A stretch of 64,000 nt of DNA from Syncephalis fuscata S228 (taxonomy: Eukaryota > Fungi > Zoopagomycota): assembly GCA_025786725.1 (NCBI GenBank), contig JAHLTZ010000033.1, positions 186,001-250,000 of the forward strand. Reading direction: 5' to 3'. A program made the translations under genes and the position numbers. The notes under the pieces are model-generated. The model saw only the letters and a program-made list of their open reading frames with translations. It made no database searches and was not told the origin of the DNA. Shown piece by piece: positions 1-12,760 of the stretch; positions within the stretch are counted from its first letter, which is position 1; each line of letters opens with the position of its first letter.

Positions 1-844
1 CAAGTACAGCTATTTTATGATACAAAATTTTTAATAACATATAAAGAACACCGTCATTATTTTAAATTTATAAACTAAAGCCGTATTTGGTTAAGAAATA
101 TTGCTAAGAAGATTGGTAGAATACCGCGTCAACCGCTACTAGTCATAGGCCAGATAAAAGTACTGCTGAGTTAGATTGTTTAAGTAGTGGAGGAGAATAA
201 AGAAAAGGAAAGAAAGATGCAATGTAGATTATATGCTGTGCAGTTGATAAAGTATTCTTTATAATACGGAACCAAAAGGGATAATGTAATAGGAATAACA
301 GATTAATATGGTTTGAATGTAAAATGACTAACATCTAATAACACTTAATCTATTGAACATGATGATGAATGGTGGATGGTGAATGACATTAGAGTTTAAA
401 ATACTCATCATTGTAGATTCTTTATCCAGTATGCATATATCCTCTAGCCATTCATACTATTTTATTGTTTACCCACACAAGCTGAAATTTATTAATAACA
501 AGATTTAGTAGCAAACGAGCAATGTTTTTGGATAAAAAAGACAAAGTAAGTATAAGATATAGTGAGTATACAACATGGATAGCACGGATAGCAGAGTTGA
601 AGTTATAATACATATGGCACAATGAATAAAATGAGTGAAACATATAAAAGCATGGAAATAAAACGTAGTTGCTATGCCATAGAATGATATATGTAGATGG
701 AGAATATATGCGTACTGGATAATAGATTAAGGACGATTAGTCATATCTACGCAGGGGATCATCCCTCCATTGAGTAAAACAAATTGCAATAAGCAATAAG
801 TGGTGACGTAGGACTACGCCTCGCAACCATAATTGTATTAAGCC

Positions 845-1692
845 ATGTTGATTGCTACAGTCAGACCTACCATCTTCTCTTTATTGCCTAAACGTACTCT
901 TTTACGTCCATCAGTTCGACTCTTTACCACACGTAATACAGTTGTTGCTAAAATGGATATCGAATATAGCGGACACAAAGGCTATTTCGCTGAGCCAACG
1001 GAGCCGTCCGTCATCTCTCCTACGCATGGTTTGGTCATTGTCCAAGAGTGGTGGGGTATCAACCCAGCCATGAAAGCACTAGCCCAACGCTTTGCTAGTA
1101 CGGGCCTTCTTTGTCTGGTGCCAGATCTCTACGGAGGCCGAGTTGCTTCTACAGCCGATGAAGCAAAGCACCTTTTTGACGGGCTCGACTGGCCTGTTGC
1201 CGTTAAAGAAATCCACGCTGCGGCCACCTATTTACGTAGTAAAGGCTGCGGTAAAGTGGTAGTCACTGGATTCTGTATGGGTGGCGCACTTACCGCTGCA
1301 TCCGCCGTATTGAATGCTGATGTATTCGATGGAGCCGCGCCCTTCTACGGCATTCCACCTCCTACACTATGCAATCTTGAAGAAACAAAGATACCAGTGC
1401 AAGCACATTTTGGATTGCGTGATACGCATGCCGGCTTTTCCGATCCAGTGGCGGCCAATGCCTATGAGGAAAAGTTGAAGATAAGCGGCATTAGGCAAGT
1501 AATATTACAGTGATAAACTACCATAAAACTGTAGCTAATACATGATCATACGGCAATTAAACTTCTAGATATGAATTCCACCGATACGATGCAGATCATG
1601 CCTTCATGAATGAGAAACGCCCCGAAGTTTACAGTCCAGAATGTGCTCAATTGGCCTTTGAGCGAGTGGTTGATTTTGTTAAATCCATTTAA
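845..1692 (+). CDS. Dienelactone hydrolase family protein (carboxymethylenebutenolidase-like), 2 exons, possible mitochondrial presequence
   Basis: QEWWG, GFCMGG nucleophile motif, PFYG, and HAF in exon 2 (1569-1692). The intron at 1495-1568 is GC-AG (AG|GCAAGT...CTAG) and restores the frame. Confidence 0.9.
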
Positions 1693-1807
1693 TAAACGCT
1701 TAGTTTTGTGAATACTAATCCATAGACAAGGCCACGCAGTCGTGTGACAGTTTTAATACGCAAAAATGTGCTAGTGCCCATTTTTATAGCCTTTTATTTT
1801 ATTAGCA

Positions 1808-3220
1808 ATGAACATTACTGAAATAACTGATCTTCTTTCTGACTTGGTACTGGAGAAAGAGCTGAAGAGTATGGATTCCGCCACTAGTACGGCCATCAGA
1901 CTCGTATTGCAGACCGATAAAGACTGGGATTTGTCGCTCAAATGTGCGGAAGAATGGCACAAGGAAGATATTGACGAAACACAAGCTGCTCTTACTTTGG
2001 CAAAATCGAAAAAAGGACCTGCTTGTCGTATGTCGCAACTGCCTCCAGACAATAATTTAAACGGTGTAGAACCGGCCACAGCTGCTTTGATCAGAGTGGA
2101 GCTACAAGTTGAAGACGACTGGCAACAAGCGCTTGATCTAGCTGGCGAGTGGCATACAAAAGATCTTACGAGCCAGGCTGAATCAAGTGCAACAGATACC
2201 GCCAGTAGGTCTTCAAGTGGCAGAAGTACACCTAAAGGCAGGCAACGTGTATCGGCATGCACAGATGCTTGTAATACTCTTAAGGTAGGTATAAGATAGG
2301 ATTATGTTATTGATATGTCTAAAGAAGGATCGAAAGACCACGACCCTTATCGCAGATAGCTCAACCAAATGGCAATGCGGTATTTGTTTTGAAGCATTTA
2401 TTGCGCACCCAGATGGCAAAAATTCCAGTACTATCAAATTATTTGGACGACCACTCGGTTGTGACCACGCTTTCTGCAACGATTGTTTAGGAAAGGCCAT
2501 TTGGGAAAAGGTACGAGAAAAGGACCGTTGCTTTCCTATTCGATGTCCAGAGCCCAAATGTAATCACGAAATTGATGATGATACCGCAGAACGAGCACTG
2601 CGTTACGAAAACTTCAAAGAATGGTGCAATAAAAAAGCATTGCATGCCATTCGATATAAGGTAGGTGATGTTAATTTAGCTGCATATCTACATTTTGAAA
2701 TTATTAAATAACCCATGGTTATTCAGATCTATTGTCCAATACAACGCTGCAGTAAGGTAGTTGAGTTAGATGAAGAAATGCCGGCAAACCAAACAGAAGC
2801 CGAGTGTCCGTACTGCCACACACTTATCTGTATTCAGTGCAGAGTACCATACCACGTAGGTAAGTAATAAACACTATTGTTGTCAGACAAAAATTAATAA
2901 CAATAACAATGAATTAAGGCTTTAGCTGTCGCGACTATCAAAAAATACCAATCTCTGAAAGAACGCCAGAGGATCTGCAAACACTTCAGCTGGTCAATAA
3001 AAAGCTGTGGAGCCGTTGCCCAGATTGTAAGATTTTTGTCGAGCGTACTGCTGGCTGTCCCCACATGTTATGTCGCTGTGGATGTCATTTGTAAGTAAAA
3101 AAAGTATTATGTATTTCAGACTACGCTAAACCACCAATTATATCTAGTTGCTATCATTGTAGTGGCGGATGGGATAAAACTCAGTACCGTTGTGTTAATA
3201 GATGTCAGCCTCGAGTCTAA
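1808..3220 (+). CDS. RBR-type (RING1-IBR-RING2) E3 ubiquitin ligase, 5 exons
   Basis: RING1 CGICF...CDHAFCNDC...CPEPKC; IBR YCPIQRC...CPYCHTLICIQCRVPYH; RING2 RCPDCKIFVERTAGCPHMLCRCGCHFCYHC. Introns include 2285-2324 and 2661-2726; stop TAA at 3218-3220. Confidence 0.88.
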
Positions 3221-3551
3221 TAAACGTACTCAATTTACTATTTAATAATTTGCTATAATTTGACACAAACAGTCATATTTGATAACATTCGCGCAATTAA
3301 ACTACACGTTCGTTTTATTGATCATGGCACCAGGCTGTGAGAAATATCAACAATTATTTAATTTTAGTGTAATAACAATGATATGAATAAATAAAAAATC
3401 AATTAACTCATTATTTTCTGTTTTAACTCATACATTAGTATATGTTTGGTATCAATTGATTTATAATAAATATTAAAATAGTTACGAAAAGAAAGAAGCC
3501 ATCTTTACTTAGTTAATAAAAGTTATTCATATTTAACAAAATTGATCCAAC

Positions 3552-5070
3552 TTATAAAGCACCAAAGCTGATGGCTTTACTACGTGTACTGCAATTAATT
3601 ACAATTCCAGTCATTAGGAAATATGGCACGCAGCATTTGTCAGATTCATCCAATTCACGTATAGCTTTGCCGTTACTCATATCTACCAATAAATACTGCA
3701 TATCAGTGTCTTGCTGTTTAAAGATAGCGAAAAGATCACCAATAATATGAAAATATCCGATTACGTCGGACCAGTCAAATCGATTATTGAAAACGAGTTC
3801 TTCATCTTGCTCCTCTAGTAATTGATGGTAAATCATCCACGTATCATCATGATCATTTCTAATGCTAATGACTTTTTGCGATATTTTCTGAACGCCATCT
3901 AACACAATATCCATATGGCAATCGAATGTAACTGTATGGCACAAAAACAAGGGGGTAGATCCAGATCGTATGAACATTACTATGCGAGAGAATTCATTAG
4001 ATGGAACAGAAGTATCATCTAGGTGTATACCTATCCAGTAATGCTTTTGTTGAGACTTTTCAATTAACGCATCTTCAATAAACTGATACAATACCCACTC
4101 AGTACAGTCATTCTTATTATCAGTAAGTTTGGCAGTGTAGACGGCAACGTGATTAGATTTAGCGTCATAAATACATGTAGTATGTGTTGTTATACTATCG
4201 AGATCTTGGGTATGTTATTTGCCTGTTTTCAAATTCCATGCAATTCGTTTAGTCATTTGATCATAGTTTCTATTACCGTGTAAGTATACCATCCAGTTAC
4301 CGCTGATTCCTATAGATTTGACATTAGAAGGCATGTGTGTAGTATCTTTTCGTTTAACATTGTTACGAGGATGAATATTCCCAAGCATATGCTTTCTACT
4401 ATAGAACATTGCGGTAGAGAACTACTTATTTAACATTAATTGATGTATACAACTGGAATAGAAATGGTCAATAGTTTTTGTCTTTAAAGTTGATTTCGAT
4501 TCTAATCTGTTTGTTCTTCAATTTAACCTTTGCTTGATAGAAATGCCTTTAATTCAATCATAACAACTTTCTGATATTTATTAAAAGTAGTAGTATGTTG
4601 CAGAGTGTAATAAATAGTTAAAAACAAAGCTGCACCAATTGGTTGGCAAATAGTTTTTTTTTAGCATCGCTTGATTTTTTAAGCCATGTAATTATTGCTT
4701 GTTTTAACGACCATACTGCCAGTTGTTCGGTGGTAACACGTTGTCGGTATAAATCATGCCAGTCAAGTTTGTTTAGCAGTGCAACTGATTCCATCGGTAT
4801 ATCTTCAATCAGAAATGACTTCGTGCACATTAATGTACAAAATCCCATTCTTTTACTTTTTGAGGACCATTAAGGAATTGGCGATGATGAAAATGTTACC
4901 ATAATATTACTGTTTTAAGCTTTGAATTCAAAGAGCGACAGCAACATTGAGCTCACTAATCGTGCCATTAAGATACGACATAAATCAAATAGGGTCTTTA
5001 ACTGGAAGACAGTTAGCAGATACAAGTAATTTACTAACTGGTATTTGCTCAGTAGTAGATAATTTCATTG
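3552..5070 (-). pseudogene. Degraded, mosaic member of the intronless F-box-like family
   Basis: The 3' part is near-identical to the genes at 20912-22429 and 38188-39702. Upstream fragments (LDWHDLYRQRVTTE, WMVYL) are broken by several frameshifts and stops. Confidence 0.8.
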
Positions 5071-6068
5071 TAAAAAAATGGTTGTTAGATAAATATAGCG
5101 TGGCTCTGTTTCAATATATACGTTGTTGATAGTATAGAAATATGTAAGCGACAATAAAATGAACAAGGATATTAATAGAAAATTTGTTCATCATTTTTTG
5201 AATGTAAACCTGTTAATCATTGATGGCTTAAAGGGCAAAAGGCCAAGGCCATGATTTACCACCTCTGAGCTATAAATACCGACAGTGCTGTTATATCATA
5301 TATGTTTACTAATATGTTAATTGCAGTGCATATTTAAATTCATATTGGCCTATAATATTGGCAGAGCTTGATGTGCAGTACCTATAAGTGATGCTGTTGA
5401 AATGATGGATTGATAATGGTATACAATTTCGGTTTAATAATAGCGGCTATTATTCACTAAAACATTGTTTTATCATTGCACTCAGTAATAAAGCACCAAG
5501 AAGTTGGCCAATCGAATCAAGCGCTGCAAGTATCAAATAAACTGATGGCAAATTACAAATATTCTTAATAACAGCGGCTGATACAAGCATGCCACGCTTT
5601 CAAGCGATTGTTTTAATTTGGAATATTTAATGTTTTAAAAAGTTCCCCGTCATACTCGGCTAATAAACTGTCCTGTTGACACCGGCTCTTTCCTTGGCTG
5701 ATTGGCCTAATTGCTTCAACGTTTATTATTAGAAAGATAGATAGCTTAGTCTGCGGGATCCATTCGCCCATTAAAATGTGTATGGGTGTTAACAGCGCGT
5801 TTCGCAACATGTGTCACTATGCAAAAAACTTGTTTATTTTCTTTTTACCACTCTCGTATGGTCATTTATGCCTCGGGAAATGTATCATACCGCCATTTGC
5901 CATGTGAAATGGCCAAAAGCATGGTGGTTGTCGCGCTTATTTCAGCGTTGCCATATTAATGAATATGGCCTTTTGTGTTCCATTTACTGTCATCAATTCA
6001 TATACTTTATTGCTGTAAACGTTTTAATTCTCGATTTCCTCCACTATTGCTTTTCTGAATTCCGTCCA

Positions 6069-7993
6069 ATGGCGCGGGCGTCATTCTTTCTTTGTCTTTT
6101 AGCACTTGTCTATTTGGTTACAATACAAACATGCCAGGCAATGCTGTCTTATAAAATTAACGGCGAGCAAAAGCACTCTCGTACATATGAGCCATTTTAT
6201 GGCCGACCAATTCCTTACAAAATCGACGGCGTTTTGGTATTTGCGGAGTTTTCCAAAGAGACGCCCTGTACATTAATCGCCTCCAACGTCTCGCTTGCCA
6301 TAAGAAATAAATATAATTTGAAAAATAATTATCAACATGCCATTGTGGCGACCGAAGAAATAAGCGAAAAACATTTACAATGCAAGTCTTTCGATGAAGT
6401 AAGTACTGAGCCATGAAGCAGATCTTAAATTTACCATGACTGTTTTTCTAGCTTAATTATGCGTCCATTCAATTTGGACGTCAGCTAGATGAGTTAGGAT
6501 TTCCACACATGGCCGTATTCTTATACTTTCTGGCCCAGAGCGATACTTATCCAACAGTTGATTTTACTTCAAAAATTGGATTGACTGCCTTGGTGTTGAA
6601 AAGGGACTACGAGAAACATGTACCCATATTAAAGAAAAGAACTGAGCCGTTATTGATAACGATAGAACAAGGTAATTTATTTAATTACAAATGTATAACT
6701 TTGAGTAACACGATTTAAACCAGGCTCCACACCAACTAATGAATTCTTCTCATCCAATGAAATGAACGCCTATCGATGGTTTTTTGTAGCAATACTAACA
6801 GCGCTTTTGCTAGAGAGGTTTATCTACATGGCTTATTTGATCAGGTGCAAAAAGTTTTATTTTGGGATGCGCAATCTAATTTACTCAATAAGCTTATTAT
6901 CACTTTTATGTAAATACCAATTATATACATATAAATAGTTACTGATTTAATTTTTGATTCAGTGATAGTAGTTAGTCGGGCTATTCACCGATCGCCATTC
7001 ATCACCAGCTGCATAAGTAGAATAGCCTATTGTATTTTCTCGTTGGATTTCTTTTTATTGTTATTTGTATGGTAAGTCTATTCTATTGCCAATGTATACA
7101 ATCTAACAGCAATGAAAGGTCGGCGCTTTTAGCATCAGTCCAGGCCATAAACAGACTGTTGTTATTCAAAATGCTTGTCACCATTGGATGCGTGCTTACT
7201 CTAGGCATAATGATCCTGGATTTTGGATATTGGTTTACTCATCACACAGTAATGCGATTCTGGGCTAGTCAGTCATACTTTTATGTAACTTCTATTTTTC
7301 ATTCTATTCTGGCAATTATCTTTGCATATTGTGGTATGTAAGAATATTTCAAGTGTTTTTATTAGTGATTTATAACATAAACTAACCATTTATACAGGCA
7401 TTCAGTTTCTACTCCAACAGCGCCAGTGTGTCATAAATTCATCCACTCGTCAAGCTCTAAAAGTGGTAAGTATATTGGCAGCTTTCAATTTATTTACTTG
7501 TCTCTAACATTTAACCATTTAGTTATGCCAAACCTCTTTAATTTTCTTTGTTAGCTTTATATTGCGCAGTATTGGTACAATTTTAAATATGCGAACGCCT
7601 ATCTTGCCATCTAGAGCACAAATGATTAGTATGCGTTTGATGCTGGATTGTGGTGATTTCATCGGTCAGTTTGCAGTTTTGTGGGTGCTCGGCCCTCAAA
7701 TAGCCCATAGCGAAAACTGGTCACAAACAAGATCGAATCTTTCGTCAATACTTAACCAGTGGCTAAAGCTTATTAGAAAGCCTTCTAACGCTCGAAACAA
7801 TTCGGAAATTTCATTAGGCCAAAACTACCACAATGCACGTATTTCAGCACTGGCAGCAACACGAAACGGCACACCTGTAATGTCGTCCCATTTGTCCGTA
7901 TCTGCATTGGAATGCGAAGAAGCAACATTAGAAACAGCAGCAACCGCACTTACACCGGCAAAAAGTCACTTTAGTATTAAAGGTCGCATTTGA
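6069..7993 (+). CDS. Orphan multi-pass membrane protein: signal peptide, extracellular PA-like domain, about 6-7 TM helices, cytoplasmic tail
   Basis: Hydrophobic N-terminus MARASFFLCLLALVYLV; multiple GT-AG introns; serial hydrophobic exons; paralogous to 10216-12155 (YKIDGVLVF vs YRIHGVLVF, CKSFDE vs CQSFGE, WVLGP vs WLLGP). Confidence 0.7.
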
Positions 7994-8160
7994 CAGCTAT
8001 AGAATTACTACTATTATTATTGAATAACAGCATGGTTATTGTGTCATTATTGTATTATTTTGAAATAAACAAATCTTTAAACCATATATTTAATAGAAAT
8101 AATCGTATAGCGGAAATGATAAGAAACAGTAATGAATAGCAACTGCAGCCATTGTCTTTG

Positions 8161-9831
8161 CTAAACGTGGCATATTTCGTCAAAGCTAGACTTTCCAATT
8201 CGCTTTTCTATTGTTTTGTGGAATTTTTTCCACGGGCAAAGATCCGTATCCTTTGGGCAGCCAGGAATGCGAATTGGTACCTCGTTGTGCAAAACACGAA
8301 CATAGTGGTTCTTAGCTGAACCTTTTACATTGTTATCATCACATGACAATAATTCAAAATGTAAATTGGCTGCAAACGGAACAATATGCGATGTGCGGAA
8401 GACGCGTTGATCGTTGAATTTGGGTTCCTCGGTGTATATCCCTATATTAACAATAAATGATAAATACGTCATTAAATTATATTCTTAAACTTGTGACGTT
8501 TGAATTACCAATTGCGTGAGAATTAAAAGAATGGTGCCTGTGTGACCGAAGCGTAAATGCGAACGAGCTTTATCTCGGCCTTTCATTGCTGTTTTCATCT
8601 CTACTAGTACATGTGTAAGGAATGAGCCTGCAATCTTGCTGTTTATCGAACGACCATTTCCATATTTGAAATAACGGTAAAGATCCTCACGAAAATCCAT
8701 TAAAGTTAGTGGATTAACCTCTTCGAAAGTTTCATCTTCAATATCACTGGTGGCCGTATCATTTGCGGCATTGGATACGGCCGACAGACTGCTATCGATA
8801 CTATCAAACTTGTGTAATAGCTTGCACCAATGAGCATGTTGTGCGTAAATGGCATTTTCATACGTGCATATGGTGACTGCAGTTCGATAGAAATCTTCAT
8901 TTACTTTAAATTTCAATTGTTTTGACAATCGATCCAAAACCTTGTTTAAATAGCGTTTTTCATATGGCTTATATATCTTTTTCTGCGGTTCTTTGTCTTC
9001 AGCAATTTTTTTCCATCGTGGACAAGCTTCAGAAATTGACTCGTCTCGTGACTTGTGCTATAGTAATTAATGAAAACCATTTATTAATATTTACACATAT
9101 TGTTTAAAATGAAATTGTACTCACGTTTGGTAATATGTGTAGTGATTTGCCTTGTAGCCTGTGTCCCGAATAAACACCGGCATATGATTGTGCCGACTCT
9201 ATAACTCTGTTCAGCAATATTAGTCAAATGCCATAAATTGCTGTATTTCCACTTACTGAGCGACTGCATAGGTAGAGTAGATGGCATGTTTGTGACGTTC
9301 TTCGGCAGTTTTACCTAGCCATTCTTGATAGCGCTGTACATCGCGCTTTGCTAGCGATGCCAGATCATATACACCTTGTTTGGCCAGCTGTCCCGCCTTC
9401 GATAAGCTATATGGATTTTGCCAATCTTTCATCCACTTTGGCCAGCTCTTATGCTCATGCGTCCGCAACTCCTTTTCTAGTTTGCTGAATTCACGGATTT
9501 CACGGCGATGTGGCTGTCGTGTACCATGGCGGGCAACAACATGCAAGTGTACAAGGCTACACTGTGCAGGCACACGACTGGTTTTGTTGTTGGCAATTTC
9601 AGTATTGTAGCGTGCATATGTTGCCATAAGCATGTTTATCGTCTGAAAGGATGGCGGTGGTGTAGCACTTGACAACAGGAGTATGTCATCATTGCCATTG
9701 CGAATACTGTTACTGGCCCTGAATGGCAATATAGGGTGGTTAGGCTGATGAATGAACACCAGCAAGCTTGCGGTAAGTAGCACCGCTGTCACTAACAGTA
9801 GAGACTGTATATTAGGATAGAAGCGAATCAT
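8161..9831 (-). CDS. Histidine acid phosphatase, MINPP1/phytase type, N-terminal signal or anchor
   Basis: RHGTRQP active-site motif, GQLAKQG, RFGHTGT, IVPFAANLHFELLSC, YVRVLHNE, IPGC; spliced. Confidence 0.88.
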
Positions 9832-10215
9832 ATGCAGCAAACAATGGCAATGACAAGACGGTATCACTCGAAGAAAGTTATAAAGCGAAAAAAATAAAGG
9901 GTGTTTAATGGTGAAACCATTAGCTAGTGGACCTTGGTGACCACATGCACTATTATTAGACCAAGGACTGCTGGATATGCACCAAGATGTTTGACTGAAA
10001 GACCTTAGAGGTGCACACAAAAAGGATTCAGAAAAAAACCAGTTAATTTATAATAACAGGATATTGCTATCAAGGCCTGAACACACAGCTCAACGAACTA
10101 AGTTCAGCTATTCAATCTGTAATAATGATTTACGTGGTCTTTCGTTCTTTATACTATTCGATTTAGCAGTCCACTATATTATTAGTTTATTTATTTACAT
10201 TTATGTGAAATTTTC

Positions 10216-12155
10216 ATGTCTGTCATCATGTTATCAGCAGTACATATGTTTTTCATGCCATGTTTGCTAATTGTGTGCTACCAAGCATGGCTGGGCCTCT
10301 TAAGCCAAGCTCAGCCTAGTCTGTCAACCATCAAGTACTCACTTGATGGGCACGATGGCACTACTATTACTTATAATCCAAATATGGGTAATATCAGTCC
10401 TTACCGAATCCATGGTGTTTTGGTGTTTACATCATTGATTGCTGGCAATAGTTCCAGGTGTCAGTTTACGCTAAATAATACAGCGGCATCATGGCTAGCT
10501 ACTTACAAGATGCGATCCAACTATTCAAATACTATTGTTGTAGTTAATGAAAGTAGTGCCAATGCAGCGAACTGCCAATCATTTGGTGAGGTAAATTTAG
10601 TAAATAGGCTGCTTTTAGTAGTTGTAATAATTCATTGAATAGATTATAAATTCGGCCAAAGAGTTTGATAAGCAAATGCAATATATGGGATATCCACCGA
10701 TGCGGGCATTGGTTTATGTATTGCAAGAAAATGTGATGCATAGACACAAAAGAAAAGCTCCAGAAAACATATATGTTGCTTTGATTCTAGGAAAATACAG
10801 CGCAGTTATACCAAAACTCATGGCGCTAACCGAACCAGTAGAGGTGACCATGGAACGATGTAGGTTATTTTAACTAATTTCATTACATCTAATGTCTAAT
10901 TCAATGTATAGCATTGGATCCTATGGATGAATTGTTTTTAACGACGGGATACAAAATTTACAAAGCAATATTTAGTATTATTATGATCTTTTTTCTTGTA
11001 TATGCTATCTCCATCACTATTTATTTGCTTTATACCTGTAAACTGCAAATAAGACTGAAGCTTGTATCGTTTTTGGTTGGATTTGTAGCCACAATACGTA
11101 AGTGTTGCGTTTGTATTTATATTATTTACAACAACAACGACATAATAATAATAATAATACTATTTGTCAGTTAAATGTATAGAGTTTTCTATTTTAAAGT
11201 CGCCTTTTATCAGTGCAATTATCGGTAAAACGGGCCATATTATATTTTTGGAAGGATTCATGGTTGTACTTTTGCTATGGTATGGACATGTATCATTTAT
11301 TATGTGACTATTAATTTATTTTCAATAATTGTATATTTCAGGAGTTCACTGATTGCTTCTATTCAAGGAAAACAAGGCCTACTACTAATACATATTATTA
11401 TATATGGGGCCTGTGTCATTTATTTTGTAGGGTATTGTATCGATACGGTGTCTTGGTTTAGTTATAATGGCTATTTCAGATACACTGCGTATAATATGGC
11501 ATTCTTTAGTACTACCATTTACTACCTATTACTAGCTATTATGTTTGGCTATTACAGTAAGTCGATTAACAATTTAGCAATGATAGCTAGTATATATATT
11601 TATATATATATATGTATTAAAATAAACTAGGCATTACATTTTCCAGAAAGCGTCGCAAATACAAAATCAACCAAGAAACCACTAAAGCACTTGATAAGGT
11701 AATTATTACAAGTGTGTGCCACAATAGAATATTACTAGCTGACAATGAAATTACTGAAATCGATACAGCTTACCTTGGTTGGCAGCTTATGTTTTATTAG
11801 TTTCGCTCTACGCGCCGTTTTAAATGCCACAGTAGTGCTTGGTGTTATCAATGTAAACACCACAGTTGTTGTTATGCAATCTGTTGTGTTTGATATTGGA
11901 TGTATGCTTGGAACTATAGCTCTCTTATGGCTTTTGGGCCCTCCAGCCACCGATGGAGACTACTCTTGTCAAGGATTAGCTAAGCGACTAATTACACGTT
12001 TTCGCCATGAAAAAGACACTCTTTCAGTTATTGAAAGTAACATCAGTCCTGCAAGTAAATCTGAATCTTCCAGCATTACCATAAATGCGCCAATCAAATC
12101 CTCTTATATTTTTATATCTAGACCACGACGCGAAACTCTAAGTACAGCTTTCTAA
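10216..12155 (+). CDS. Orphan multi-pass membrane protein, paralog of 6069-7993
   Basis: Signal peptide, similar extracellular domain, similar exon layout, multiple TM exons, Ser-rich C-terminal tail. Confidence 0.7.
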
Positions 12156-12544
12156 ACAAATCAATCCAAAAACATTCTCAATATTTAGGTAATATTATTT
12201 ATTAAGCCAAAATTAGAATCTTTAAACATTTAATAAATTAACGCGTAAACTAATAGTTATCATTACGATTATGATATTATGCTCATGTCGTTATAATAAT
12301 GTTTCATATCAATGATTTTTGGCGTCAAATAAATTTATTCTCTAATAAACTCGCTGCTATATTAAAACTAGGTTTTGCTATAAATGCATAAATACTGTTA
12401 ATAAAATAATTTAAATTTTATAGCAAATGAAACTAATACCAAAAAAACAACAGTTTTGGTCAGAATGATATGAATAGATAAAAGAAATATGCAGTGTATA
12501 ATAAATCTATAATAATGGCGATTTGCTTGTTATCACAATTCATT

Positions 12545-12635
12545 GCAGAGTTCCATTGTAGCCAAGTGACCATCATAAGGCCACTTAAACCACATCTATG
12601 CGACTAGCAGATACAGCAACGTCGTTGCGGTTACT
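12545..12635 (-). ncRNA. Candidate Fanzor omegaRNA scaffold
   Basis: Downstream of the Fanzor fragment on the same strand. Hairpin GCAAC-GAC-GUUGC (12628-12616) plus a 15-bp stem UGUGGUU(U)AAGUGGCC / GGUCACUUGGCUACA (12594-12557) with four G.U pairs that only form on the minus strand. Confidence 0.45.
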
Positions 12636-12760
12636 TGAAAGTACAAAATGTAAAATAAAATAAAAAAGTATTAATTATAAATCAGTAACGGTCATTAGAA
12701 GTAATCATAATAATTACCTTATTATTTGGAGTCGATAAACTCCAAGAAATATTAGCTTTT

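Noticed and set aside
1771-2262. Minus-strand 163-aa ORF, and similar antisense ORFs over the arrestin, MED20 and MET17 genes
   Set aside because: Shadow ORFs opposite well-supported genes.
12500-12540. Match of the putative Fanzor guide to AGCAAATCGC near 56417
   Set aside because: Only about 10 nt, which is not significant, and the guide boundary is not established.
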